Origin: Nemertoderma westbladi
Lineage: Eukaryota > Animalia > Xenacoelomorpha
Assembly (NCBI GenBank): GCA_032718475.1
Contig: JAUCBJ010004962.1
Coordinates: 1-39,085, forward strand
Direction: 5' to 3'
Length of the DNA: 39,085 nt
Shown here: positions 24,365-37,836 of the stretch, piece after piece
How the letters are laid out: every line of letters begins with the position of its first letter
Numbering within the stretch: position 1 is the stretch's first letter
Translations under genes and position numbers: made by a program
Notes under the pieces: model-generated
Database searches by the model: none
What the model was told of the DNA's origin: nothing
Seen by the model: only the letters and a program-made list of their open reading frames with translations

Positions 24365-24866
24365 TTTTATTCCAAAATTTTAATATTACGAAATTATTGT
24401 ACATGTACATACATTATAAGTGATAGAAACTGTACAAATCATAATAGTTGCTGTATAAAAAATTGTAAAAATGACATTTTAAATTGTGTTACAAATTATG
24501 TTATAAATAAGTTCGCTTATATTTATGGTGGCGTTTGGAGCCATGTTATAATAATATAGCTAGGCCCTACTGGTTATTAATAGCTATACCCCGCCTACCG
24601 GTAGGTAATGCAGTAGGCCTATCTGGTTGTCATGCAAATTTCAACCTATTGTTTACGTGATAACCATTGACGGCGTTAAGTAATGTCCCCTCAGTGGACA
24701 TTACTTAAAGCCGTCAATGGTTACCACGTAAACAATAACACCAAATACAATACTAAATGTACAGGCCAATACAATGCTGTAATGTCCTCTAAAGTTGTAA
24801 AGTGCTAAATGACAACTCGCTGTTAATACTAACGGCGTTGAGTAATGTTACAATTTTGGAATAAAA
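24365..24866. repeat. Inverted-repeat-bounded segment (25-bp IR, 2 mismatches) containing a 42-bp-arm hairpin
   Basis: TTTTATTCCAAAATTTTAATATTAC (24365-24389) pairs with GTAATGTTACAATTTTGGAATAAAA (24842-24866). The internal palindrome spans 24647-24737. Confidence 0.6.
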
Positions 24867-25782
24867 TATTATTACAAAAATAATTTCACACTGTATATCC
24901 ATTGGAATTTGAATGGAAAAAAGAAGGCAGTTAGCTACCGGTAGCTACCTAGTCTAATGCAGAAACTGACATCAAATCGAGTGAAAAGAAAGGGAAAAAG
25001 AGGGGGCCGAAACTGCGAACACCGGACAATATCTTCTAGCAGATACTAACCCCCCTTATGACAGTTTATGCTAGCGTATTTGGTCCTGGGGGTCATAATA
25101 CGCCAGCGGATTTTATCCGGGGGGGGGGGGGGGGGGGGGGGCGTGGGGCTGAATCTCCAGGGGGCAAAATATGCTGTGAAACCGGGATAGAACATTCTGT
25201 TTGGTGAGTTTGTGATGATTTTAATAAACATATAAACAATTAGGCTTATCTGAGGGTGTATGACCCTAAGGTGCCAAATGCCATCACCTTTTACAGTACA
25301 ACATCCAGTAAGTACAATATCTATAATTTAAAAGTTATTAAGAATGCATTAGGTGCATTGTGTAAATTACCAATTTAGAGTCAGTCAGAGATAATAAGTC
25401 AGTATCCCAATTGGTCAACTTTTGTCACGAAACCATATCTATCCTTATATCCTTATATCATCCACGATTTTCACAGTAGTATCTAATGCTAACTGTCGTA
25501 CAGCCTGATTAGTGGGACGAATCCGTTGTTCTGTGATAATTATTGTCCAGAATCCGTTCCAATTTGAAAATATACGCATTTATATTATTTATATGTAGAA
25601 ATGTATACGATATGAAAAGATTTCATTCAAAATAGGACTATTGGAGAATAGCCTTGTGAATTGAATGTTGGAAACGACAACTGTTATACCATATCTCTTT
25701 AAATGCTAATATAATACCAAAATCACCAAGTGAGAAGTAGCATAATAATACCAACAACCAAAAGTTTTAGAATAAAGCTTTT

Positions 25783-28700
25783 TTAACAAATCCCATTTCT
25801 AATATAAATTCCGCCACCGCTATTAACACCCCAAACAACACCATTGTAACTACTAACACTCGCTTGGATTAAGCCACCATCAATCCTGACCCACTTTGGA
25901 GCTGCGTTGTCCCCACCCACCCGGGCTGCATATATTTCTTGGTTTGATTTTGTAGCCCACAGAATACCATCTTTGCCAGAACTAATTGTATTCCATCCAC
26001 CTCCACTTTTAGCACTCCAGGAAGTCACTACAGACCTTGATCCAAAAGTGTTTTGCATGTAATACATTGTACGTCCTCTATTGACACCCCAAACACCAGC
26101 ACCTCCGAAGGTAATGTCCATAAGTTTTCCACCAACATGTGTCCAACTTGTACCAGCTGGGTTTGACAGAGAGGCCCCACTCCTTACATATATGTCATCA
26201 TTTCTGTTAACCCCCCACATTCCATTAGTGGTGGAGTCAACTGCAACTCGAGTGAGGCCACCAGCAATTTGTGTCCAGCCAGCACCAGCCGGATTTCCTC
26301 CATGAATGCCGTGACGAATGTAAATATTTCCTCCTGAATTGGTTCCCCATACAATATTACTACCGACGGCGATATTGCTTAGCCCTCCAGGAATATGCTG
26401 CCATCCAGAACCAGAACTGCATGAGCCATATGTACCTGATCTGTAATAGATATTATCACCTGAATTCACTCCCCAAACACCTGCTTGACCAACACTCACC
26501 CATTTAAGGCCGCCTGCTACATTTGACCACGATGTTCCAGTCAACTGATTATCATTTGGAGGGGTATGAGGAGCTGTTTTTGCACATCTCCCTTCTCTAA
26601 ACCAAATTCCATTTCCACTATTGACACCCCAAATAGCACCATTGTAATTGCTGACACTCGCTTGTATTAGTCCACCATCAACTCTATGCCATTCTGGAAC
26701 AGGATTGTCTGCTGACACTTTGGCACCATATATTTCTTGGTTTGATTTTGTAGCCCAAATAATACCATCTTTGCCAGAACTAATTGTATTCCATCCACCT
26801 CCACTTTTAGCACTCCAGGAAGTCACTACAGACCTTGATCCGAAAGTGTTTTGCATGTAATACATTGTACGTCCTCTATTGACACCCCAAACACCTGCAC
26901 CTCCAAAGGTAATGTCCATAAGTTTTCCACCAACATGTGTCCAACTTGTACCAGCTGGGTTTGCCAGAGAGGCTCCACTCCTTACAAATATATCATCATT
27001 ACTATTAACCCCCCACATTCCATTAGTGGTGGAGTCAACTGCAACTCGTGAGAGGCCACCAGCAACTTGAACCCAATCAGAACCAATGGGATTTGGACTA
27101 TGAATTCCATTACGATAGTAAATATTTCCAGCACTATTTACACCCCAGACAACATCATTACCAACGGCAATGTTGCTAAGGCCTCCAGAAATTTGTTGCC
27201 ACCCAGTACCTGTATGGCATGCCTCATAAGTGCCTGTTCTATAATATATGTTATCACCTGAATTGACACCCCAAACACCTGCTTGGCCAACACTCACCCA
27301 TTTAAGACCACCTGCTACATTGGTCCATGAGTTTCCTATAATACCTTCATCTGCATCAGGTGTGTGTACATCTGTTTTTGCACATGTCCCTTCTCTAAAC
27401 CAAATTCCATTTCCACTATTGACACCCCAAACAGCACCATTGTAATTGCTGACACTTGCTTGTATTAGTCCACCATCAACTCTATGCCATTCTGGAACAG
27501 GATTGTCTGCTGACACTTTGGCACCATATATTTCTTGGTTTGATTTTGTAGCCCAAATAATACCATCTTTGCCAGAACTAATTGTATTCCATGCACCTCC
27601 AAGTTGAGCACTCCAGGAAGTCACAGCAGACCTTGATCCGAAAGTGTTTTGCATGTAATACATTGTACGTCCACTATTGACACCCCAAACACCTGCACCT
27701 CCGAAGGTAATGTCCATAAGTTTTCCACCAACATGTGTCCAACTTGTACCAGCTGGGTTTGCCAGAGAGGCTCCACTCCTTACAAATATGTCATCATTAC
27801 TATTAACCCCCCACATTCCATTAGTGGTGGAGTCAACTGAAACTCGTGAGAGGCCACCAGCAACTTGTACCCAATCAGAACCAATGGGATTTGGACTATG
27901 AATTCCATTACGATAGTAAATATTTCCAGCACTATTTACACCCCAGACAACATCATTACCAACTGCAATGTTGCTAAGGCCTCCAGGAATTTGTTGCCAC
28001 CCAGTACCTGTATGGCATGCCTCATAAGTGCCTGTTCTATAATATATGTTATCACCTGAATTGACACCCCAAACACCTGCTTGGCCAACACTCACCCATT
28101 TAAGACCACCTGCTACATTGGTCCATGAGTTTCCTATAATACCTTCATCTGCATCAGGTGTGTGTACATCTGTTTTTGCACATGTCCCTTCTCTAAACCA
28201 AATTCCATTTCCACTATTGACACCCCAAACAGCACCATTGTAATTGCTGACACTTGCTTGTATTAGTCCACCATCAACTCTATGCCATTCTGGAACAGGA
28301 TTGTCTGCTGACACTTTGGCACCATATATTTCTTGGTTTGATTTTGTAGCCCAAATAATACCATCTTTGCCAGAACTAATTGTATTCCATGCACCTCCAA
28401 GTTGAGCACTCCAGGAAGTCACAGCAGACCTTGATCCGAAAGTGTTTTGCATGTAATACATTGTACGTCCACTATTGACACCCCAAACACCAGCACCTCC
28501 GAAGGTAATGTCCATAAGTTTTCCACCAACATGTGTCCAACTTGTACCAGCTGGGTTTGCCAGAGAGGCTCCACTCCTTACAAATATGTCATCATTACTA
28601 TTAACCCCCCACATTCCATTAGTGGTGGAGTCAACTGAAACTCGTGAGAGGCCACCAGCAACTTGTACCCAATCAGAACCAATGGGATTTGGACTATGAA

Positions 28701-31700
28701 TTCCATTACGATAGTAAATATTTCCAGCACTATTTACACCCCAGACAACATCATTACCAACTGCAATGTTGCTAAGGCCTCCAGGAATTTGTTGCCACCC
28801 AGTACCTGTATGGCATGCCTCATAAGTGCCTGTTCTATAATATATGTTATCACCTGAATTGACACCCCAAACACCTGCTTGGCCAACACTCACCCATTTA
28901 AGACCACCTGCTACATTGGTCCATGAGTTTCCTATAATACCTTCATCTGCATCAGGTGTGTGTACATCTGTTTTTGCACATGTCCCTTCTCTAAACCAAA
29001 TTCCATTTCCACTATTGACACCCCAAACAGCACCATTGTAATTGCTGACACTTGCTTGTATTAGTCCACCATCAACTCTATGCCATTCTGGAACAGGATT
29101 GTCTGCTGACACTTTGGCACCATATATTTCTTGGTTTGATTTTGTAGCCCAAATAATACCATCTTTGCCAGAACTAATTGTATTCCATGCACCTCCAAGT
29201 TGAGCACTCCAGGAAGTCACAGCAGACCTTGATCCGAAAGTGTTTTGCATGTAATACATTGTACGTCCACTATTGACACCCCAAACACCAGCACCTCCGA
29301 AGGTAATGTCCATAAGTTTTCCACCAACATGTGTCCAACTTGTACCAGCTGGGTTTGCCAGAGAGGCTCCACTCCTTACAAATATGTCATCATTACTATT
29401 AACCCCCCACATTCCATTAGTGGTGGAGTCAACTGAAACTCGTGAGAGGCCACCAGCAACTTGTACCCAATCAGAACCAATGGGATTTGGACTATGAATT
29501 CCATTACGATAGTAAATATTTCCAGCACTATTTACACCCCAGACAACATCATTACCAACTGCAATGTTGCTAAGGCCTCCAGGAATTTGTTGCCACCCAG
29601 TACCTGTATGGCATGCCTCATAAGTGCCTGTTCTATAATATATGTTATCACCTGAATTGACACCCCAAACACCTGCTTGGCCAACACTCACCCATTTAAG
29701 ACCACCTGCTACATTGGTCCATGAGTTTCCTATAATACCTTCATCTGCATCAGGTGTGTGTACATCTGTTTTTGCACATGTCCCTTCTCTAAACCAAATT
29801 CCATTTCCACTATTGACACCCCAAACAGCACCATTGTAATTGCTGACACTTGCTTGTATTAGTCCACCATCAACTCTATGCCATTCTGGAATAGGATTGT
29901 CTGCTGATACTTTAGCACCATATATTTCTTGGTTTGATTTTGTAGCCCAAATAATACCATCTTTGCCAGAACTAATTGTATTCCATGCACCTCCAAGTTG
30001 AGCACTCCAGGAAGTCACAGCAGACCTTGATCCGAAAGTGTTTTGCATGTAATACATTGTACGTCCACTATTGACACCCCAAACACCTGCACCTCCGAAG
30101 GTAATGTCCATAAGTTTTCCACCGACATGTGTCCAACTTGTACCAGCTGGGTTTGACAGAGAGGCCCCACTCCTTACAAATATATCATCATTACTATTAA
30201 CCCCCCACATTCCATTAGTGGTGGAGTCAACTGCAACTCGTGAGAGGCCACCAGCAACTTGTACCCAATCAGAACCAATGGGATTTGGACTATGAATTCA
30301 ATTACGATAGTAAATATTTCCAGCACTATTTACACCCCAGACAACATCATTACCAACTGCAATGTTGCTAAGGCCTCCAGGAATTTGTTGCCAACCACTA
30401 CCTGTATGGCATGCCTCATAAGTGCCTGTTCTATAATATATGTTATCACCTGAATTGACACCCCAAACACCTGCTTGGCCAACACTCACCCATTTAAGAC
30501 CACCTGCTACATTAGTCCATGAGTTTCCTATAATACCTTCATCTGCATCAGGTGTGTGTACATCTGTTTTTGCACATGTCCCTTCTCTAAACCAAATTCC
30601 ATTTCCACTATTGACACCCCAAACAGCACCATTGTAATTGCTGACACTTGCTTGTATTAGTCCACCATCAACTCTATGCCATTCTGGAACAGGATTGTCT
30701 GCTGACACTTTGGCACCATATATTTCTTGGTTTGATTTTGTAGCCCAAATAATACCATCTTTGCCAGAACTAATTGTATTCCATGCACCTCCAAGTTGAG
30801 CACTCCAGGAAGTAACTGCAGACCTTGATCCGAAAGTGTTTTGCATGTAATACATTGTATGTCCTCTATTGACACCCCAAACACCTGCACCTCCGAAGGT
30901 AATGTCCATAAGTTTTCCACCGACATGTGTCCAACTTGTACCAGCTGGGTTTGCCAGAGAGGCCCCACTCCTTACAAATATATCATCATTACTATTAACC
31001 CCCCACATTCCATTAGTGGTGGAGTCAACTGCAACTCGTGAGAGGCCACCAGCAACTTGTACCCAATCAGAACCAATGGGATTTGGACTATGAATTCCAT
31101 TACGATAGTAAATATTTCCAGCACTATTTACACCCCAGACAACATCATTACCAACTGCAATGTTGCTAAGGCCTCCAGGAATTTGTTGCCAACCACTACC
31201 TGTATGGCATGCCTCATAAGTGCCTGTTCTATAATATATGTTATCACCTGAATTGACACCCCAAACACCTGCTTGGCCAACACTCACCCATTTAAGACCA
31301 CCTGCTACATTGGTCCATGAGTTTCCTATAATACCTTCATCTGCATCAGGTGTGTGTACATCTGTTTTTGCACATCTCCCTTCTCTAAACCAAATTCCAT
31401 TTCCACTATTGACACCCCAAACAGCACCATTGTAATTGCTGACACTTGCTTGTATTAGTCCACCATCAACTCTATGCCATTCTGGAACAGGATTGTCTGC
31501 TGATACTTTGGCACCATATATTTCTTGGTTTGATTTTGTAGCCCAAATAATACCATCTTTGCCAGAACTAATTGTATTCCATGCACCTCCAAGTTGAGCA
31601 CTCCAGGAAGTCACAGCAGACCTTGATCCGAAAGTGTTTTGCATGTAATACATTGTACGTCCACTATTGACACCCCAAACACCTGCACCTCCGAAGGTAA

Positions 31701-33566
31701 TGTCCATAAGTTTTCCACCAACATGTGTCCAACTTGTACCAGCTGGGTTTGCCAGAGAGGCCCCACTCCTTACAAATATATCATCATTACTATTAACCCC
31801 CCACATTCCATTAGTGGTGGAGTCAACTGCAACTCGTGAGAGGCCACCAGCAACTTGTACCCAATCAGAACCAATGGGATTTGGACTATGAATTCCATTA
31901 CGATAGTAAATATTTCCAGCACTATTTACACCCCAGACAACATCATTACCAACTGCAATGTTGCTAAGGCCTCCAGGAATTTGTTGCCAACCACTACCTG
32001 TATGGCATGCCTCATAAGTGCCTGTTCTATAATATATGTTATCACCTGAATTGACACCCCAAACACCTGCTTGGCCAACACTCACCCATTTAAGGCCTCC
32101 TGCTACATTGGTCCATGAAGTTCCTGTTATCTCAGTAATTTTATTTATGATATGGGCATCATCTTTTTCACATGTACCCTCTCTAAACCAAATATCATTT
32201 CCATTATTAACACCCCATACAGCTCCATCCCAGTTGCTTATACTTGCTTGCATTAAACCCCCTTCAATCTTATGCCAATTCGGAGAAACGTTAGATGCAT
32301 CTACCTTTGCAGCAAATATTTCACTGTTAGTTGCAATTGCCCAAATAACACCATCTTTGCCAGAACTAATTGTGTTCCATGAACTTCCAGCCTGTGCACT
32401 CCAGGAAGTTACTGCAGACTTTGATCCAAATGTGTTTTGCATGTAATACATTGTATGCCCACGATTAACACCCCAAACCCCTGCACCTCCAAAGGTAATG
32501 TCCATAAGCTTTCCACCGACATGTGTCCAACCTGTACCAGCTGGGTTTGAAAGAGATGCCTCATTCCTTACAAATATATCATCATTCCTGTTAACCCCCC
32601 ACATTCCATTGGTGGTGGAGTCAACTGCAACTCGTGAGAGACCACCAGCAACTTGTACCCAATCAGAACCTACTGGAAGTGCTGCATGGATTCCAGCACG
32701 ATAGTAAATATTTCCAGCACTATTTACACCCCAGACAACATCATTACCAACTGCAATGTTGCTAAGGCCTCCAGGAATTTGTTGCCACCCAGTACCTGTA
32801 TGGCATTCCTCATAAGTGCCTGTTCTATAATATATGTTATCACCTGAATTGACACCCCAAACACCTGCTTGGCCAACACTCACCCATTTAAGGCCACCAG
32901 GTATTTTGGTCCATGATGTTCCTTTTGGAGGCCCAATAAGAGATTGTGCCTCATTATATACCTGACAATCGTTTTTCAGCATTGTAGCAGAGTTGTCTGT
33001 AGATACACCCCATACACAATTAGAATGACCACCAATACTAACTTGCTTAAGATTTTCATTTATAATTTTCCATTCACCTGACATTAAATTATTTGCATCT
33101 TCCAAGCGAACATAAACTTTGTTACCACTTTGAGCCCAAAGAACACCATATCCTACCTCAATCCTTGATAAGTGAGATCCATGGGTGCTTTTCCATCCAG
33201 TACCATCTGTTCCACTACCTCCAAACGTCATTGTTCTGTAATATGCGGTACCTCCAGAATTAACACCCCAAACTCCCAAAGGTCCTATTGAAATATGACT
33301 CAACCCACCAGCAATATGGACCCATCCAGTTCCTTCAAGGGTAGACGCTTCTATTCCATTTCGGCGAAATATGCTATCTCCAGAGTTGACACCCCATACC
33401 TGGTTAGTCGTTGAACAGACTGAGATTTGTTTAAGCTTTCCTGCAATATGTTTCCATCCTGAACCTTTTGGATTGCTCTCTGAGATTCCAAGGCGGATGA
33501 AAATATCATCATTGGAATTTACACCCCAAACAGCACCATCTCCAACTGAGATTTGTTTCAAAGCAC
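25783..33566 (-). CDS. Giant tectonin beta-propeller lectin, coding exon 2 (7784 bp, one in-frame TGA at 30298-30300)
   Basis: Acceptor gtttgttttttaag| in phase 1. Tectonin blades (W..I.G.L..VSVG..GVWGVNS...IY.R) run throughout. ORFs 30298-33561 and 25783-30210 share one frame. Confidence 0.9.
25786..32925 (-). repeat. Nine tandem 798-bp (266-aa) coding repeats
   Basis: Identical landmarks recur at 27248, 28046, 28844, 29642, 30440, 31238 and 32036 (period 798), with diverged terminal copies. Confidence 0.95.
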
Positions 33567-33773
33567 CTTAAAAAACAAACGAATATTAACGTTTGGTTGT
33601 GACACGACTTTTTGAGTAGCTGTACCACGACTTTCAAAGTCGCGTTACGGCTACTCTGAAAATTAGCCGTAACGCGACTTTCCGTAATGCGATATTAGCC
33701 ATACCGCCACTGCGCCGTTGAAGACTACAAGTATCAGCATTGATCTCAGCTCTAGAATGTGGTCTAAACAGCT

Positions 33774-33925
33774 CTATTTATTCTGCGCTCCTGCCTGTTC
33801 TAAGTCAGGTTGCCACCAATAGGACAAATGCTTAGATAATATCGAGTCGTAAATTTTGGCGAGAGAGTCCATAACAGTAATTCCTCTAAAACTATTGCAA
33901 TCGAGGGGACTACTACTAGGATCGG
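33774..33925 (-). mobile_element. Short RT fragment of a second LINE
   Basis: DCNSFRGITVMDSLAKIYDSIL...EQAGAQ resembles the NYRGI...K.Y..IL...EQ.GF segment of non-LTR RTs. Confidence 0.6.
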
Positions 33926-33948
33926 CATGCTGCATTGCAGCTGCATTT

Positions 33949-36575
33949 TTAAGAATGCTGTGCCGGCTTATCGACAAAATTGCACCGCCACAACTCCCTA
34001 TCACCCATGGCATTTGCTAGATCATCCGCATCTTCAAGGCCAGTGTCCTTTAAGATGCGTCTCAAAAAAGTCATGGGCTGTCCACCATGCTTATTCACTC
34101 CATGAGGCTGCCAAAGTAAAAGATTATGCACTGGCTGGTCCTCACGGCGAAAGCAATGTCCTGCAAAGCGGAGGCGATTTTGTTCTAGTTTCAAGCTTGG
34201 GGGAACCAATGAGACACCTCCAATGTTATATAGTGTCTGGTTGGAGATGTGTGCATTGAACTTGACACAATGAACCCGGCGTAGCATTCTTGTGAATGTG
34301 CCATCCAGAGATTTGGTGTCCTCAGCAGTTAGAGCCCAGCATGGACTCCCATAGAGGAGTACTGGAACTACTGCTGCTCTAAATAACCGGACCTTAAGTT
34401 TCCGATTAATTCTCGGTGACTTCCAAATCCTGGAAAGGCTATTCAAGGCTGCCCATGCCTTTCCCTTACGTATTCGAAGGATACTGACATGATCCATGAT
34501 CCTGACTTCCGGATCCATGATCCCAGGTAACAGAAGTCATCCACATGCTCAAGCATACCATCTTTTCAGCTTATGCTCATCCGATCAGAGACTTGCTGAG
34601 GACTTTCAAAGTTAACTGTCAAAATTTTGGTCTTTCTGGAGTTAATAAAAAGACCAACACTAGAAGCAGCATGTTCTAATGAGCTGAGGAGCCGTTGGGC
34701 TCCCTCTAGTGATTCTGAGAGTACTCCTAAGTCATCAGCAAAGTCTAGATCAGTTAGGTACTTGGCAGGATTTCCTCGACTTCTGGTGCCAGTAGGTGGA
34801 GTTATCATCACCCCATCATCATTATGATGATCTAAGGACATGCGTAGAACATAGTCAACAACAATTATGAACAAGAATGGTGCAAGTGTGTCTCCCTGGA
34901 GGACGCCCCATAACACTTCAAATGGTTCTGTGTCACCGCCAACAGTAGACTCAAATGTTGTCGAACCATCGTATACTGATCTGATTGCTGCAATAATTTC
35001 ATCAGGAATCCCATATAATGAAAGTATGCTGAACATACGTGAGCGAGAGACTGAATCAAAGGCCTTGAAGAAGTCAACAAAGATAACAGCCAGATGCCTG
35101 TCTTTCTTTTTTGATAACTCTTCAATTATCCTTCTAAGTGCCAAAATGGGCTCCATGGTCCCACGACCTTTATGGAACCCATTCTGATTTCCACGGAGCA
35201 GTCTCTCAATGGGATCCCTGATGCGATTTAATATAATTATATTGTATAGCTTTGCAGCAATCGAGATCAATGAGATTCCCCGAAAAGAACCATAGAGTGT
35301 TCGGTTGCCCTTCTTGGGAACTGGCACCAACTTATTTGTTTTCATTTCTTGTGGGACTCTTGTTGTACGGTACATGTCTACTATGATAGGATAGATGAGT
35401 TTTAAACACTCAGGTATTTTAAAGACCTAGGGGGAACACCATCTACTCCATTGGCACGATTGGTCTTAATGCTCTTTGCAGCAGCCTTCACTTCTGCAAA
35501 GGAGATATCGCCAATGGGAATATCTGGGAGTACAGACTCAGACACTTTTACTTCTATGAAGTTATCAGGCAATACCCTGTCATTATTGAGGAGCTTTTGG
35601 AAGTGGGCCTTCCAACCATTGAGGCGATCGGCTGGTGATTCAGCCTTAACCTTGTTGGTTGGTTGGCTTTTCCGCCCAGTAAGCAAGTTGATCGATTTAC
35701 ATGCCTGTGATGATTGCCTGCTGTCGTCGGCATCATTGATGGCATCAACCTGTTGGTTTATTAGCTCCTGTAGATTAACAGAGTACTGCCTGTTCAGGGA
35801 CCTAGATGCAGCCTTAACTGCATTCTTGGCCGCTGTAGTCTGTTTGAGTCGGGACTCCTTCTGTGCCTTATATAGGTCATTTCGGCACTTCTGGATTTTG
35901 TTGTCAGTGCTGGGGGCCCTTTTCCTGTTTCGAGGGTATACAGGAACTGTTTCTGCAGCTGCTAACTTAACTGCTTCTGTGAAGGCAGTATAGCCCTCAC
36001 AGTGATCTGCCGCCTCAGAGGCAAGAACCTCATACCTGTTGCTCAGCTGTAGTGTGAAGCTGGATCTCACACTTGGCTGTTGCAACAGAGAGGACCAGTC
36101 ATGCCGCGGCAAGGCAGATTTCGTTGTTCTGCTAGCACGCAGACTAAGTCTTACCTTGGCCACAATAAGGCGGTGATCACTGGAGAAGGGTCGAAGTGTA
36201 AATGCATTACAGTCTTGTATAGAGCTCCTGTACTTCCTACGAAACAGGATATGGTCTATCTGGGACTTGTGACCACTGGGTCCACTATGAATCCATAGCT
36301 TTCCAGTTCGCTTCTTTAACTGGGTTCCAGCCGAAAACAATCCATTTCCAGAGATAAAATCCTGAAGATGGACGGAATTTCGGTTGACACTATTGCTATA
36401 GACCCAGGGCGATGTAGGTGATTGATGCAGACTTGCATTAAAGTCTCCCAGGAATGTTAAGAATGCATGCTGATCCACTCTATCAGTAGCTGCTTGTAGA
36501 TTGTGGTAGAAATTTTCCACCTCCTCTACAGGGGTAACACTAGTTGGAGAGTAGCACACAATCAGAACCAATAGA
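33949..36575 (-). mobile_element. RTE-clade LINE, 5'-truncated and frameshifted, inside the lectin intron
   Basis: Endonuclease YSPT..EE.E.FY..LQ, LGDFNA, QIDHIL, SDHRL; RT FRGISL, QNGF..GR, FVDF.KAFDS, GVLQGDTLAPFLF, DLDFADDL; RTE C-terminus LLYG...W, RLRFAGHC.R. Confidence 0.9.
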
Positions 36576-36585
36576 TAGAACCAAT

Positions 36586-37717
36586 ATAAAGATACAATAG
36601 TAAACGTTTTCGACCTACCGGTCTGCATCAGACTATTTACTGGCAACTAACAGGAAAAGGTGGGGGTCTATATATATATATATAAGTTTTAAAGGGGAAT
36701 ACCTGATAGGTGAATCCCAGAAAGGTTAAAGTCTATGTATGTACTGTATAACTTAAGGTAATTGTGATAGGGAAAATTCACCGAGTTAGTTGTGAGCTGT
36801 CAATCTAAAGTACAAATATAGGGTTACAGGTTGGGTTACAAGGTTGGGAGAAGTTGATAGGGAAATCCCAGGAGTGGTCATGTGTCTACATACTGAATGG
36901 TATAATTGGATAAGGTAGGTTACATAGGATTATGAGCTATCTACTTAAAGCGTATGGTTAGGTAGAATACAGCATAATGATAACTGTCTACATATTGCCG
37001 GGGAATTTTTACAGAGTAAGGAAATTACAAGAAACAGAAAAACCGAAGACAAAAACAAAAAAGAAGATAGGGGAAAAGCACATAGAAACCCCGGAAATTC
37101 GCTATAGAGGGCACTGTAGTTGTGTAAGATATAGAATATAGGGTGTATTATATAAAACGTTGGGTTTAGATTGCTGGTCTTGCTACGTTAAGTGGGGGGT
37201 TGTATGTATAGATTAGGTTAGCTTCCGTCGCTAGTAGTTCGGGCTAATCTATACATACAACCCCCCACTTAACGTAGCAAGACCACCAATCTAAACCCAA
37301 CGTTTTATATAATACACCCTATATTCTATATCTTACACAACTACAGTGCCCTCTATAGCGAATTTCCGGGGTTTCTATGTGCTTTTCCCCTATCTTCTTT
37401 TTTGTTTTTGTCTTCGGTTTTTCTGTTTCTTGTAATTTTCTTACTCTGTAAAAATTCCCCGGCAATATGTAGACAGTTATCATTATGCTGTATTCTACCT
37501 AACCATACGCTTTAAGTAGATAGCTCATAATCCTATGTAACCTACCTTATCCAATTATACCATTCAGTATGTAGACACATGACCACTCCTGGGATTTCCC
37601 TATCAACTTCTCCCAACCTTGTAACCCAACCTGTAACCCTATATTTGTACTTTAGATTGACAGTACATAGTCTGATGCAGACCGGTAGGTCGAAAACGTT
37701 TACTATTGTATCTTTAT
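36586..37717. mobile_element. Long inverted repeat, probably an inverted non-coding Penelope-like insertion
   Basis: 36797-37216 is the near-perfect reverse complement of 37244-37663 (27-nt spacer). The outer ~50-bp ends also pair, and each carries CTGATGCA-GACC-GGTA-GGTC-GAAA facing outward. Confidence 0.7.
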
Positions 37718-37836
37718 CTAATATAATATAACCAGCTAAAGACCCTCAATACTTTATTTTTTCTATCATCTTTACACTATGCTGCCGCTGGTGAATGCCT
37801 ACCACTTCATCCGTTCGTTGAGAAACAGCTGAGATC

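Noticed and set aside
25020-25190. Poly-G tract with GC-rich flanks as a regulatory G-quadruplex element
   Set aside because: More likely a small repeat remnant. There are no resolvable TIRs or other support, and homopolymer length is unreliable.
25783-30210. Separate 1475-aa gene
   Set aside because: It starts mid-blade without a signal peptide and is in frame with the upstream ORF across one point-variant stop.
30298-30300. Selenocysteine codon
   Set aside because: The homologous residue in sister repeats is Gly, not Cys, and no SECIS element was recognised.
26081-33571. Numerous short plus-strand ORFs recurring every 798 bp
   Set aside because: They are antisense shadows of the lectin repeats.
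36576-36646. N-terminus of the RTE ORF (MPVNSLMQ...)
   Set aside because: It is fortuitous read-in from the inverted-repeat arm; the RTE is 5'-truncated.
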